A stretch of DNA of 64,000 nucleotides from Camelus dromedarius (Eukaryota): NCBI RefSeq assembly GCF_036321535.1, contig NC_087437.1, positions 31,746,001 through 31,810,000 of the forward strand, in the 5' to 3' direction. Below the pieces are notes generated by a model. It was not told where the DNA came from. It saw only the letters and a program-made list of their open reading frames with translations, and made no database searches. Shown here piece after piece: positions 41,312-53,736 of this stretch; the first letter of the stretch is position 1; each line of letters begins with the position of its first letter. The position numbers were made by a program, and so were the translations under genes.

Positions 41312-44300
41312 AGACCATGATATCTTTCTAATAGATTAATTATATCATAGATGTATTTTGGCCTGTATAATTCTCTGTAATAAAAATGGACATTTCATTT
41401 TGTTGAAAGGGCATGACTTCTTGTTAATAGATCTTATCATTTAGCTTAGCAGTAAATCAAGATCCAGAGCAATAAAGTCAACAAATGCCAGTTATGCTTG
41501 GTTGTTAGTTACTGAGACTATGAATAAAAAGTTCCCTGAAAGTCCTCTCATGAGAAAGAAGAATCACTAATATGACATTGTTGTCTCTTTCTTGGGTCAC
41601 TGTGCCTCTGCGTAGGAATGAAATGTTCCCTTTACAAATATATAATACACATATAAGAATAAACTTCGTAACTTAAACGCTTTTAACATTCAAAAAAAAG
41701 TAGATAGCAATTTGTGCCTGTGCTTAATTATTTTAGAGTATATAAAAAGAACATAATAGAATCAATAGTTGCTATGCAACAAGGATGGCACATTTTAAAA
41801 TAACTGCATATTTACTAATTGTCATGGATTTTTGTTTATTTCAAGTATTGTTCTGATGTGAGGAAAGCAAGTTAATGTGCATGCTGAACATTTAAAACTG
41901 GCTCCAAATGAAGTGTTGTTACTTTTCAGCTAAAATGTTGTGATTAAAAAATCTATAGCCAGAATGCTTACAATAAATGGTAGTCTCTTACTATCACTTT
42001 GCAGTGCCATAAACAAATTCCAACCAAATATTTTCATAGATTATTACTAAGGTATCACATCATGGAACATTTTAAAATTATACTATTGCCCCCGTTGTAA
42101 AAGTACATAGAGTTTTTAGAAACCAATAGTTAAACAAAACTTACTTCCTGGCTAAGCAAATGGATTGATAGTAAAAATACAGAGAGAAAAAGTTTACTTT
42201 AAGAAACAATTCTAGCACTGAGGGGGGGAGGCAAAAAAAAAATCTTAAATTCTTCTTCAAAATGGAAAAACCAAATGGCCTAATAATTCGTAATGTATTT
42301 CAGTGAAATTTAAAAGGACAACTTGTAAAATAAAATTTGACAGGGATAAAATTGTCATTTACAAATTTCAATTTTCATTTATGTATAATAAATACACAGC
42401 TAAAATGAATATTGTGGGCACACTTTAGTTTTTTAAATTATGCGATGTAATTTTCAAAACTGAATTAATAAAATCATAAAAATTTAGGTCTGGAATAGCC
42501 TGCAGATGTCATCTGATTTAAACCCTTAATCTAGATAATAAAAATAGTCTCCATTATTAGAGTGTTTACCATATGCCAAGCCTTGTGCTGAATGCCTCTC
42601 ATCAATGTAATTTTAATCATTATAACACTATTATTCCTATTTGCACATGGAAAAATATAAGGATCAGAGAAGTTAGGTAATTTACCAAAGTTATACAGCT
42701 AGGAAATGAGAACTGATGCCACTCCCCTCTTTAAAAAATGAGAGCTAAATATAAAGTCCAAAATGTCTGTATTCAGCTTAGATGGACTAAGAGGAACCAG
42801 ATTTACTCTCCTTTCTAAAACAACTGAAACACTGGAGAAAAGATAGAAAGCAATGTTTTTAAGATACTGGACATCAGTCAGTGAAGGACAGTGATTCTTG
42901 GAGGTAGAAAATAAACAAGGTAACCCATGATTGCCCTGACATAGTGCCTTGAAAAAAAAATTAAGGCCATGATGCAGGGAGTGGGAATCCAGGTGGAATT
43001 TGGCAGATTCTCTGTTGAGGAGACATTACTAAGAGTCCAGAGAGATCAAACTGGCTAAAATTCACAGAATAGTGTTCTTAGGAGAGAGCTGCACAAAGAA
43101 TGCTGGATATTTGCAAAGATCTCCCTTAAGTATATGTATGATCAGTGCATATATATGGGGAAACTACCCAAAGCCAGAGAGACCCATCTGAAAGGATTAG
43201 AGAGAAGAGTACCAGATGCTTCCACAAGGCAGATAATAATGCCTGCTGTCACCAGCCAGACCAGAAAACCTATAATTCCCAGGGCACTGGGGAGACTTCT
43301 CAGAAGGGTCCTGAATCAGTATTGGGGAATAATTAGCCCTGAACTAAATGCTGAGCTGGTCCTGCCTAACAAATTTTAAAAGGAAGACATTAAAAAATCA
43401 AGCTGATTCGATGAAACTTAACTACATCCCAGAACAGAGTTCAAGAATATTTATACAAATCAAAAATATCCAGCATTTAACAAGGTAAAATTCACAATGT
43501 CTGGCATCCAATCAAAAATTGCCATGCATGGAAACAGTAAAATAGGACTCATAATGAGTAGAAAATCAACAAATAAAAATTGACTCAGAAAAACACATAT
43601 TAGAATTAGCAGACAAGGACATTAAGATAATTACAGTAACTGTATTCCATATGTCCAAAAGCTGCAGGAAAAATTGATCATGTAAAGTAGAGATGTGGAA
43701 TATATTAATAAGATCTAAACTGAGTTTTTAGAGATTAAAACTACAGTGTCTGAGATTGAAAAGTACACTGGATGGAATTAATGGAAGATTAAACATCCCA
43801 GAAGAAAAGTTTAGTGAGCGTGAAGACACAGCATTAGATACTATGCAACAAAATAAAATAGAAAAGAGACTCAAACAAAGAGGATCAGTGAGCTGTGAGA
43901 CAAATTCATGTGGCCTAATTAGAATTCTCAAAGGACAGGAGAAGGAATAAAAAATATTTAAAGAAATAATGACTAAAAAAACTTAAAATTTAATGAAAAC
44001 CGTAAACCCACAGATTCAGAAAGCTCAACAAACCTCAAGCACACCAAGAGACATTATAATCTAACTGCTACAAAATAGTGATAAAAAGAAAATCTTAAAA
44101 GCAACCAGAGACTAAAAGACATATATAGAGGAACAAAGATAGGGATGGCAGCAGATTTTTTTTTCATCATAAACAATGTAAGCAAGAAGACAGTGGGACT
44201 GAAAGAAGAAGAAGGGTGGGATAGGGATGGGAGGGTGGCAGTGAGAGCTGCCAACTTAGAGTTCTATACAAAATGAAAATATTTTTCAAACAGAGTGAAA

Positions 44301-44619
44301 TAAAGATCTTTTCAGAATGAAAAATGTGGAAAAAATGTATCACCAGCACACCTACACGATAAGAAATGTTAAAAGAAGTCCTTTATTTAGAGGGAAGATT
44401 GTACCAGACAGAAATATGGATCTGTACAAAGAAATGTAGAACACCAGAAATGGTAACATGTGGATAAATACATGATTTTTTTATCATTTAAATTTCTTTA
44501 AATTATAATACACTAAACAAAAATATTAAAATCTGAGATTTATAACATGTAGAAGCCAAATATATGACAACAATATCACAATATCTGGGAAGGAAGAGAT
44601 GGAACTATAATATTTAAGA

Positions 44620-45650
44620 TTTTTTTTTTTTTTTGAAGTGAAAATGTTATTTATTGGCTTTCTTAACTGCAGAGTTCAATGGTGAGCTCCCTTCAGGCCA
44701 AGCTAGAGTCAGGGCTCTCAGGCTGGTTTTCTGCCAGTTTGATTTCGTCTTCAGACTCAAGGTTGTCTCTCCTGATGGCAAGAAGGGAGCAGCAGTTCCT
44801 CCTATCTCTTTCCCACATTCTTAGCAAAAGATTCACTGTGGCTGTTCGATTCTAACTGAACCATGTGCTCAATTTTGGACCAATTACCACAGTTAGCAAG
44901 ACTGGGCATGTTGATTCACTCAGGACTGGGTCACATGCTCACCCTTGCAGGCCAGAATCCCACTTCACCCAGAGACTGACAGTAGGGGAAGAATAAATCC
45001 TTGAGGAAAAAAAAAAAAAAAAAAAGGCAGGTATTACTGCTAGAAAAAAGGACGATGGAGGCTAGAAGGGAAAATAACAAATCCCCTTTGAAGTTTCCAG
45101 TTAAAAAATGGGCCAAGAGATAGGGCAGTGGGCTGACAAACTGACAGTGAGCTGGGAAGTACAGCGGACCCTCCTGGGGGTATCTGCCTGGTAGACTACC
45201 CTTCTCTGAGAATGTCTCCATTTACCTCATGGGTTAAGCCAGACTCCTTTCATTTGCCCCACTAAGGCCACTCTGCACCCTTGAAATCCTGCTTTCTACC
45301 CCAAAAGCCTGAATTGAATGGATGAGAGCAATAGTTCCTGGACCCTCTGACTTTGGTTGGGATTGGTGAGTGGGGAACACCGGCAGGGAATCTAAGGGAA
45401 GGAGGAAGGGGTCCTTTCAGTCTAGTTATACCCCTCAACCAACCATCACAGCCCCCTCTTTTCCCCAGCTTTATGGAGGTATAATTGACATGTGACACTG
45501 TGTAGATTTAAGATGTACAACATAATGATCTGACACACACACACACACACACATATATTGCAAAATAATTACCACAGTATGGTTAGGTAACATATCCTTC
45601 CCCTCATGTAACTACTTTTGTTGTTTTGGTAGTGGTGGTGAGAACACTTA
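44620..45650 (-). mobile_element. Composite retroposed insertion: L1 3' end, ~820 bp of flanking sequence including an MLT1-like fragment, AATAAA and poly(A)
   Basis: T15 at 44620-44634 and tttatt at 44650-44655. An L1MA-like 3' end lies at about 45460-45650. The host L1 sequence is continuous across the insert (taagatt|cttata). Confidence 0.65.
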
Positions 45651-45925
45651 GATTCTTATACAATACATGAAGTGATGTATCTCTAGAAGATAGACTGCAT
45701 TAAGTTAAAAATATATTCCATAAACTCTAAACCAACCACAAAAATAGAAAAACAGAGTTACAGCTAATAAGCCAGCAAAGAAGATAAAATTGAATTAAAA
45801 AAAATAATCCAAAAGAAGACAAAAAAAAGAGGAAAAAGGAAAAAAAAGATGAGGTAGGTCAAATGTAAAACACAAGATAGATTTAAAGCTAATCATATCA
45901 ATAATCAAATGTAAATGGTCTAAAC

Positions 45926-46092
45926 CAGGGGTTTGCAAACTTTTTTTGTAAAAGACCAGTTAATAAATATTTTTGCTTTGTGGGACATACAGTCTCTGTT
46001 GCAACCATTCAGCTCTGCCATTTTAACTTAAAAACAGTCATAGACTGTGTGTAAATGAAGTCCATCTGTGGGCCATAGTCTGCCACGCTCTG
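45926..46092. mobile_element. MER58A-like hAT-Charlie MITE
   Basis: Termini caggggtttgcaaact...agtctgccacgctctg with an 8-bp TSD gtctaaac/gtctaaat. Confidence 0.85.
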
Positions 46093-46306
46093 GTCTAAAT
46101 ACCCCCATTAAAAGAAAGAGATTGTCATGTTGGACAAAAATGCAAGACTCCACTATACATTGCCAACAAGAAATGTACTTTTATATAAAGAAATATTTTA
46201 ACAAATAGGTTAAAAGTAATGGAAAAAAGATAGGCTCGAACAAATCAAAAGAAACTGGAGTAGCTATATTACTATCAAACAAAGATTTCAGAGAAAGAAA
46301 TCAGAA

Positions 46307-46860
46307 TTTTTTTAACATTTTTTATTGAGTTACAATCATTTTACAATATTGTGTCAAATTCTAGTGAAGAGCACAATTTTTCAGTTATACATGAACATAT
46401 ATATATATTCATTGTCACATTTTTTTCTATGTGAGCTATCATAAGATCTTGTATATATTTCACTGTGCTATACATTATAATCTTGTTTATCTATTCTACA
46501 TTTTGAAATCCCATTCTGTCCCTTCCCACCCCCCATCCCCTTGGCAACCACAAGTTTGTATTCTATGTCTATGCATCTGTTTCTGATTTGTATTTATGTT
46601 TTGTATTGTTTTGTTTTAGATTCCACATAAGAGCGATCTCATATGGTATTTTTCTTTATCTTTCTGGCTTACTTCACTTAGAAGACATTCTCCAGAAACA
46701 TCCATGTTGCTGCAAATGGCGTTATGTTGTCAGTTTTTATGGCTGAATAGTATTTCATTGTATAAATATACCACATCTTCTTTATCCAGTCATCTGTTGA
46801 TGAACATTTAGGCTGTTTCCATGTCTTAGCTATTGTAAATAGTGCTGCTGTGAACGTTGG
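46307..46860 (-). mobile_element. 5'-truncated L1 3' fragment (~550 bp) of the same family as the young L1 at 30470
   Basis: Its reverse complement aligns closely by eye to about 33629-34195, including the ORF2 C-terminal peptide [17 protein letters not shown]. Confidence 0.93.
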
Positions 46861-48119
46861 ATATTTAAATATTACCAAAGATAAAGAAGGTGATTTCATA
46901 GTGATTAAGTATCCTAATTCATTTATTTTGTATAAACAGAAGTCCTGCCATCTAAGATATTTTGAACAAACAGCTCCTATCAACATGTGAAAGACATAAA
47001 CATGACAACTGGGCATGAATTTGTCTTCTCAATGACAAATAATATACCAGCTTAAGCAAATCATTGTGGTTGTGGGCTCATCATTTTGTTCAAACTCTTC
47101 AGATCATGAAGGAACCGGTAGTGTCATCTCTGTACTACAGAGTCAATATGTTCAGTTGTTTTTTGGCTTCCCATTATAGCTGTCTTAAATGTTTAGAAAT
47201 CCTACCTGAAGCTCATCACTTTGCTTCTCTTTCTCAGGTTGTGCAAATTAAAAACCAAATCAGAAATAGTAAATCACTCTTCTATCTACTGTGCTTTTTC
47301 TTTTCCACCTTCCATCTATTCCTTCCCTTTTTTCCTCCCCTTACCTACACTAGCTCATTCAAAGAGTAGTTCAGGGAGGAGAGGATTTCCTTTCTTCCTG
47401 ACTCAGGTAGAACAGAACATTCTGCTCATTCAACCCAGCCAGCCACCACTTTCCTTCCCTGAATGCTTCTTTTGTTTCATCTTCATCAGGGACTCTGCTG
47501 ATTTCCTAAATGGCCTCTTCTCCATAAGAAATTTAAAGACCTTCTGTTTTTAAAAGTCCTTCTGTCATCTAGTTTACAGTCTGTCCTGTCCTGCCTAGTT
47601 TGTGTGCATTCTTGTTCTCTTAATTTGAGCCATCGGTCCATATTTTGAAAGATGTCTTTTTATCCTAAAATAACTATTTGGCTGTACCAATTAACCACAC
47701 AAGGAATCTTTCAGACACTTGATATTTTAGTACCTCAGCACAAATTTTTCTTGAGCTTCTCAAAAAGTGTTTATTTAGGTTTTTTTTTTTAATAGTATCA
47801 AGGTATCTTGTGGTTTATTAACTCTTAAAGTTACACCTTGCAGGTTTTCCCAAATGTTCTGCATTTGGCTTCCCCTTTTCGTGTATTCTTGATTTACCTG
47901 CTCCAGTGTGGCTGGAGCACAGTTATCAAAGGGGGTAAGTGGTGAAAGTCAGGTTGGAGAAGTCCAGGGCTGCCGTATTTGGTGTTGGGGTGAATAACTG
48001 CACAGGCCAGGTGAGAGGAGGGAGCTGAATCCAGCCTGGGCTCTGTTCACCAAGTCCTGTGCCAGCACTAGGCTGTGTTCATCTAAGGAAGGTGTTTTCT
48101 TGATTCACTCAAATGTGTC

Positions 48120-48630
48120 ATATGGGCTGCTGGTGGTCCAGTAGAAGATCATGTCTGGAAGTTTTGATTTTATACTAATGCACCATGAAGAAGGAATGAA
48201 AAAATCCAGTTTATATTTTGTGAAGAACACTCTGCTGTGTCTATCATGGACTGGAGAGAGGCAGGAGTAGAAGTAAGGAGGCCAGTCAGGAGGTGATGGT
48301 GGCCACAACTAGGGTGGTAGAAGTAGAGATGTAGAGAAATGGATGGATTCAAGGCATCTTTTGGAGGCAAAATGAACAGGACTTGGTGCTGGATTTGTGT
48401 GGAAGGTAAGGGAGAGAGAAGTGTGAACGATGATGCCCCAGTTACTGACTTGAATAACCAGGTAGGTGGTGGCACTGTGTCCTGAGATGGGGAGCATTGA
48501 GGAGGGAACAGGTGGGGAGGGGGTTGTTTCAAGAACTCTGGTTCAGACGATTTATTTGAGACACCTGTGACGTATCTAAATGGCTACCAAGAGGCAGGTG
48601 AATATAAGTACCTGGGATTCAGAAGAACAT
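48120..48630 (-). mobile_element. L2 remnant
   Basis: cactctgctgtgt...atggatggattcaag...aacaggacttggtg...gagatggggagcattg motifs. Confidence 0.65.
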
Positions 48631-49189
48631 CTGCTCTTTTCTGAGTACCCTGAGGCTTTCCTCGTCTTTTGTAGTCGGATAGCAATACATCTGAACAATT
48701 CTATCATGTCCTAAATGATTTTCAGTATCCTTTCCCCCAAACAATCCAGAAATTTATTTTTGAGAGAGCCAAAATAACTCTGTGCATTGAGTATAAAAGT
48801 TAATTGTTTTGCCTTGAGGCAAATGCTTAGTCCTACACCCAGTGCAGTAAACCCCATTGACCCCACACTGGGGCTAGTCTCCTATCTGCATTTTATGTAA
48901 TTTAAAGGGCTTTCTGCAAACTTAGCAAACTTTCTGTTTCCTGGTACCATGGTTTCAGTGTTCCCTTGAGAAATTTAAGTTGATCTCTCTCCTCCTCTTA
49001 GTGGCGTGAGAGTCACAGTCACAGTAAGTCAGGTTTAGCATTTTTTCTCCCTAGTTGTCTGGCATTTACTCTCTCTTAGAATTTATAATCATGGCACAAC
49101 ATAAATTTAGAGCCAGCCTGTCACTGGGATCGCTTCTCTAATCTCACTAGTTGAACTCCTAGACCTGAATGACTCCAGTACTCATAGAT

Positions 49190-49705
49190 TTGTTCTCTGT
49201 CTTGCTCTAGTAGGCTGAGCCAAAACCAATGGTTAAAAAGCACAGGGAAAGACATGTTGGCTTAACGAAAGGAAAAACTTCCTAATGCTTAGCACTGTCT
49301 GAAAATGAAAATGCCTGCTGGGGAAGGAGTGAGTTATGGTTCCTAGTGGTGTTGAGGCACAGAAGAGACAATCATTTGATGCAGATTCCATGGTAGAGAC
49401 TTAAGTCACGGTGTAGAAATAATCTCCACTGACTATTGAATTCCTGCTCATGCTCAAGCTTCACACAGATGTTTCGTCTCATTTAATCCTCATAATGACC
49501 CCCAAGGGAAATAGTTATAACCCCACCAGGAGAGATTATAGTCACAACTTAAGATCACACAGCTAGAGTGGCAGAGCCAGGATTTAGAGCCAGGATTTAA
49601 ACTCTGAATCCAAAGCCTTTGTTTATTCTTTCCACAATTCATGGAAGCTTGAGAAAATGAACTAGGGGATTTCTAAGGTCTTTTCCAGCACTGTGATTCT
49701 GAGTC
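49190..49705 (+). mobile_element. L3/CR1 3' remnant interrupted by a MIR (~49470-49635)
   Basis: aaggaaaaacttcctaa...; terminal ctaaggtcttttccagcactgtgattctg. MIR core tcatttaatcctcataa...cacacagctagagtggcagagccaggattt. Confidence 0.55.
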
Positions 49706-50159
49706 AAAATCTAGATACAGGCGCCACTGACTGTGTTTTCCTTAAATCATCCTTCTGGCCTCAGTCACATTAAAATGATAATCTATGGCTCCAAAACTGT
49801 CTCTGGTCTCCATCAAGAAAGGACTATTTTTAAAAAATCAACATTGGTATCTTGTATCCAACTCTGAGTTTCCAGTGGAACTTGGTATATGAGCCTCAAA
49901 ATCAATGTTTTGTTCCTTATATGGTCCCTGCCAAGGACTAAGTTTACACTATAAATGTACAGAAGACTAAGCTTTTTTTTAATCTCTGAAAACTGTTATA
50001 ATATAGTGTCCTACCTTCTCTACTCATTCTGCAGGTCTTGAAGATCTTAGAAAATCTAAGAATATTTGTCCCAAGGTCAACTTTTCTGGACCAAGTTCTA
50101 AGTCAGGTTTTTTTAAATATTAGAATTTTAAAAATAATATTAGAATTTTTAATAATTAT

Positions 50160-50352
50160 TAGATCCTAAAAGATCTCATCACAAGAAAAAAAATCTATTT
50201 CTCTAATTTTGTATTTATATGGGATGATGATATTCACTAAATTTACTGTGATAATCATTTCAGATATATATAAATCAAATCTTTATGCTGTACACCGTAA
50301 ACTTATACAGTGCTACATGTCAATTATATCTAGTAGAAACTGGAAGGAAAAA
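50160..50352 (+). mobile_element. Short L1MA-type 3' end just upstream of a LEKR1 exon
   Basis: ctcatcacaagaaaa...tgctgtacacc...atgtcaattatatct...aaactggaaggaaaaa. Confidence 0.75.
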
Positions 50353-50431
50353 TATTAAAGTTGAAAATAAGCTCAGTTTACTTATCTTAAGGTAAAATGG
50401 CTCTATATGTGTGTTAAATGCTGTTTTCTAG

Positions 50432-50596
50432 ATTGAAGCTGAACTCGCCAAGGAAAGGGCCCAACATTTAGTTGAATTTCAGGAGCAAGCTCTTCTCTTT
50501 AAGGAAGAAGCTAAACTGGAACTTGATATTGAAAAGGAAAAACATCAAGAAATAATCCAAAAGTATAAGAAAGAACAAGAGGAGCTACAAATGAAG
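50432..50596 (+). CDS. LEKR1: LEKR1 internal coding exon (165 nt, phase 0->0): IEAELAKERAQHLVEFQEQALLFKEEAKLELDIEKEKHQEIIQKYKKEQEELQMK
   Basis: Acceptor gttttctag|ATT and donor AAG|gtctgt. Translated by hand: 55 codons with no stops. Confidence 0.95.
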
Positions 50597-51119
50597 GTCT
50601 GTCATTATGATGTTTATCATTATTTAAGGGGTTTAAAACTATAGATGTTGGTTATCTCCTCCTAGGAGCACTACTGTAGTTATAAATCCAGAAGCTTACC
50701 TCGTAGTCATTGTGCCTTAGTTTTAGGGAGGTAGGATGGTTTGCCTATTCTCCAGAATGAATAACTGAGATAAATTATATAAGCATACAATCCAGCTGTG
50801 TATGGAATTTTTTCCTACTAAAATAAACTTATTTTTAAAACAGCATAATTATATAACTAATAATTAGCATGGTTAGATATTCCAATTCCTCAAATATCTA
50901 ACATGAAAAGATAATGAGGTGTTTTACATAATTAAAAGTTTATCAACCACTAAAGCCTATCCCCTTTAATTACAAATATTTTCAATTCTAAATATTTTTG
51001 AATGAAGGGTAGTATTTTTAAATGTAGTCACACCTCCATAATTTCTTAAACAATGTGTCCTAAACTTAAAATTAAGTGTTGGTCAAGTTTCCCCTATTTT
51101 TATCAGACTTGAGCATAGA

Positions 51120-51120
<1 letters not shown>

Positions 51121-51149
<29 letters not shown>
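51121..51149. repeat. (TG)14 microsatellite
   Basis: Read directly from the sequence. Confidence 0.97.
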
Positions 51150-51153
<4 letters not shown>

Positions 51154-51301
51154 TAACCAAGACCCAGTGGTGAAGCCATGTTTTGAATAAACTCGTTAAG
51201 AGTCTGTGTAAATTAAACACCAAATGAGACTTAACTAGCCCCTACTTTGGTGTCCAGAGGTTGTGGTACAGTCTTTTCAGTAGCTGACTGTGAACAAGAG
51301 G

Positions 51302-51620
51302 CAGGACCAGCTGCCTGAGTATGTGACAAGTGCAGCGTCACAGGGCCCCACTCAGAAAGGCCTCGTGCTTCAGGTTTAATGCTCTGCAAATGCTGTCTTG
51401 AAATTCTTAATAATTTTATCTTCAGATTTATGTTTTGTAAGTGAAGTCCTACTGGGACAATGGAGCATGTGCTGGGAGCTGGTAACCTGGGCTCAGGCAA
51501 GGCCCCACCTCTTCTGGACAGGCTCTGTCCTAGACAGGCCTCTTGCTTCCTGGCTCCTGCCCCTGCCCCCTCCTCCCCTCACATTGTGACCTCTGTTGCA
51601 GTCCTGGGTGGCTCAGGACT
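51302..51620 (+). mobile_element. MER45-like hAT-Tip100 element (partial)
   Basis: caggaccagct...cacagggccccactcagaaagg...tttaatgctctgc...gtcttgaaattcttaataatttt. Confidence 0.78.
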
Positions 51621-52369
51621 GTCAGCAGGGGCGTGCTGAAAGGCAGGCCCCAACTTGCCAGGGGCTGCAATTTTTTCACAAGAAGTCATAAATCCAGATT
51701 CAGTGAGTGAATTCCCTTGATTTTTTCAATGTTGACTCCCTTTTTAAAAACATGAAAACATGTTTGTGGCTATGTGAGCCTCCTCTCCCAAGGGTAACCT
51801 GCTCTGTTCCAGTGTCAGCCCTCCTCTGGATTATCGCAACTACTGTTCAGACCTAGCAGTGACCCTCTTCGTTCCTGGATTAATGGAAGAAAGAGGAATC
51901 TTAATTTAATTTATAAAATTACTAAGTATGGTGAATAGATTTCTTGTAAAAGTTATTGTTAATGTAAATTTAACATTTGAAACAGATTTTGGATACACAA
52001 CTCTTAAGCAGTAGTTCACAAAATCCTTGGAACTTTGATCTATGAATGTTTTCCAGATTCTTCATGGGCTGCTTTTCTTGTTGTACTAATATTTATTAGT
52101 GACAATATCCTATAGCATGACATGCTATGACAATATCCATAGCATGAATAATAAGGATATGTTTCATCAGAAGCAGCTTTGGTCTTCCTGGCCTGTTTTT
52201 TGTTCTTTGTTTTGTTTTTTAAGGAGAAAGAAAACAAGCAGTCTTTTCCCTTCTAAAGACTTTCATGACTTTGAGGAGAAGCTTCTCCAAGTTATTCTCT
52301 TATCTCTTTGTCTAGAGGTACCATCTTGAGAAGAACTATATTTTCAAATGATTCTGGTATCCTCTAGAA

Positions 52370-52744
52370 CTGCATGGTCTAATACGGGAGCCACATGGGT
52401 CTCCTTAAGTTTCAGCTAATTAAAATTAATTAAAATGAAAAATTCAGTTCCTCAGTCACTTTAGCCACATTTTGAGTGCTCAACAGCCAGTAAGAGGAAG
52501 CAAGAGTCTATTGTGTGCATTTCTTTCCAACTCAGTGATGTCACCTTCATAACTTGGAACTGGCTTTAGTGACAGTATTTACACCATGGAAACTGGATAT
52601 AAAACTGGCTTGTGTGTGTGTGTGAGTCCATTGTTAAACATTTACCAGCACACCACCAACGATAGTCTCACGTGGCTAGTGGCTACCATACAGAACAGCA
52701 CAGAATATTTCTATCATCACAGAAAGTTCTGCTGGTCAGTGCTG
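52370..52744. mobile_element. MER3-like hAT-Charlie element with a nested MER63-like element (~52490-52660)
   Basis: Perfect 8-bp TSD ctctagaa (52362-52369 and 52745-52752). MER3-type motifs gccacattttgagtgctcaa...gtggctagtggctacc are split by a segment ending ttgttaaacatttaccagcacaccac. Confidence 0.75.
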
Positions 52745-53077
52745 CTCTAGAAGATATACTATCTAGGGTGTCTCCAGTCATCACATTCAAGAAAGAAAAG
52801 AAATACATCAAAGGAAAACTCATCGGTATGGTTTGAGTAGACTGTAACTGTGATGCTCTCCTACATGCATCCCCAAATATTAGGCATTTCTAGGTCCCAA
52901 AGCTACTCTAGAGTGGTCCAGACAAGACACTTTTGATTAAGGCTTGAGTTGTCCTTGGTAGCCCAGTTCAGCCACAGAGATTTGTATATTTCCAAGTATG
53001 CCCAAGTGACTAATGCAATGCCATTTTAGGTGAAAAAAAATAAAATTTTAGTCTTAACTTTTGAAAAGAAATTCTTG

Positions 53078-53736
53078 TTTTTACTCCATGATAGGCAGGG
53101 CCAATGCCCCTACTCAGCTCTAAAACAGTGATGGAAGATGGACCTCCACCCCTCTGCAGCCCTATAAGCATTTAGGAGTTAAATCTCTGAGGGGAGAATG
53201 AGACAGGAAAGAATGGGGCAGGGCACAACCAAAAAAGGAATGACACAGCAGTTAGCACCAAGATGGCGGAAAAGTAAACCCCCAATAGACCTTGAGGCCC
53301 AAGATGGTTGGAGATCTGACTTCTAGTAGACCTTGAGCTTCATTATACGCTCATTGTATTATATTAGCATGGGACGTGACACACCCACAGGTGCCATGAC
53401 AGTTCTGAGGGCTGACCGTAAAAGGTCAAAAAGTGGGTGATGGCCCAGTTCCTGGGAATCCCTGCCCCTTCCCCAAAGTAGTTGGAATAATCCTTCCACT
53501 TGTTAGCTTATGAAGTTACCAAGCCCATAAACAAGCCCCACACCTTGTGGCCACTTTCCTTTCTAAGTGAGACAGACCGCACTCTATGGAGTGTGTATCT
53601 ACTTTTACTTTAAACTAAGCACCCAACCCTGCACCTCATGGCCTCTCTGGCCTTCTGAGATGGCCTGTACTCTGTCTATGGAGTATCTCTCTGAATAAAT
53701 CTACTTTTACTCAATAAATAAATACATACATACATA
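53078..53736 (+). mobile_element. ERV 3' fragment (internal end, polypurine tract, LTR U3-R) ending in an A-rich tail with a 14-bp TSD
   Basis: PPT gaggggagaa (53189-53198) directly precedes TG (53199). AATAAA at 53694-53699, then a (taaa)/(taca) tail. TSD aaaagaaa[t/a]tcttg at 53064-53077 and 53737-53750. Confidence 0.8.

Larger units (their letters stand above)
42770..46925 (+). mobile_element. Old L1M 5' region (5'UTR, ORF1 remnant, start of ORF2) containing three nested insertions
   Basis: ORF1-like peptide MKSTLDGINGRLNIPEEKFSERED. The segment 45650-46300 resembles 23415-24370 of the other old L1. Confidence 0.8.

Noticed and set aside
49573..50163. Short tandem duplications (agagccaggattt x2; aatattagaatttt x2-3) as an array
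   Set aside because: These are simple slippage-type duplications with no spacer structure. No CRISPR-like array occurs anywhere in the window.
35159..51620. Inverted MER45 copies flanking two LEKR1 exons as a dsRNA or composite transposon
   Set aside because: These are ancient, visibly diverged copies 16 kb apart with no shared TSD, so independent insertions are the simpler explanation.
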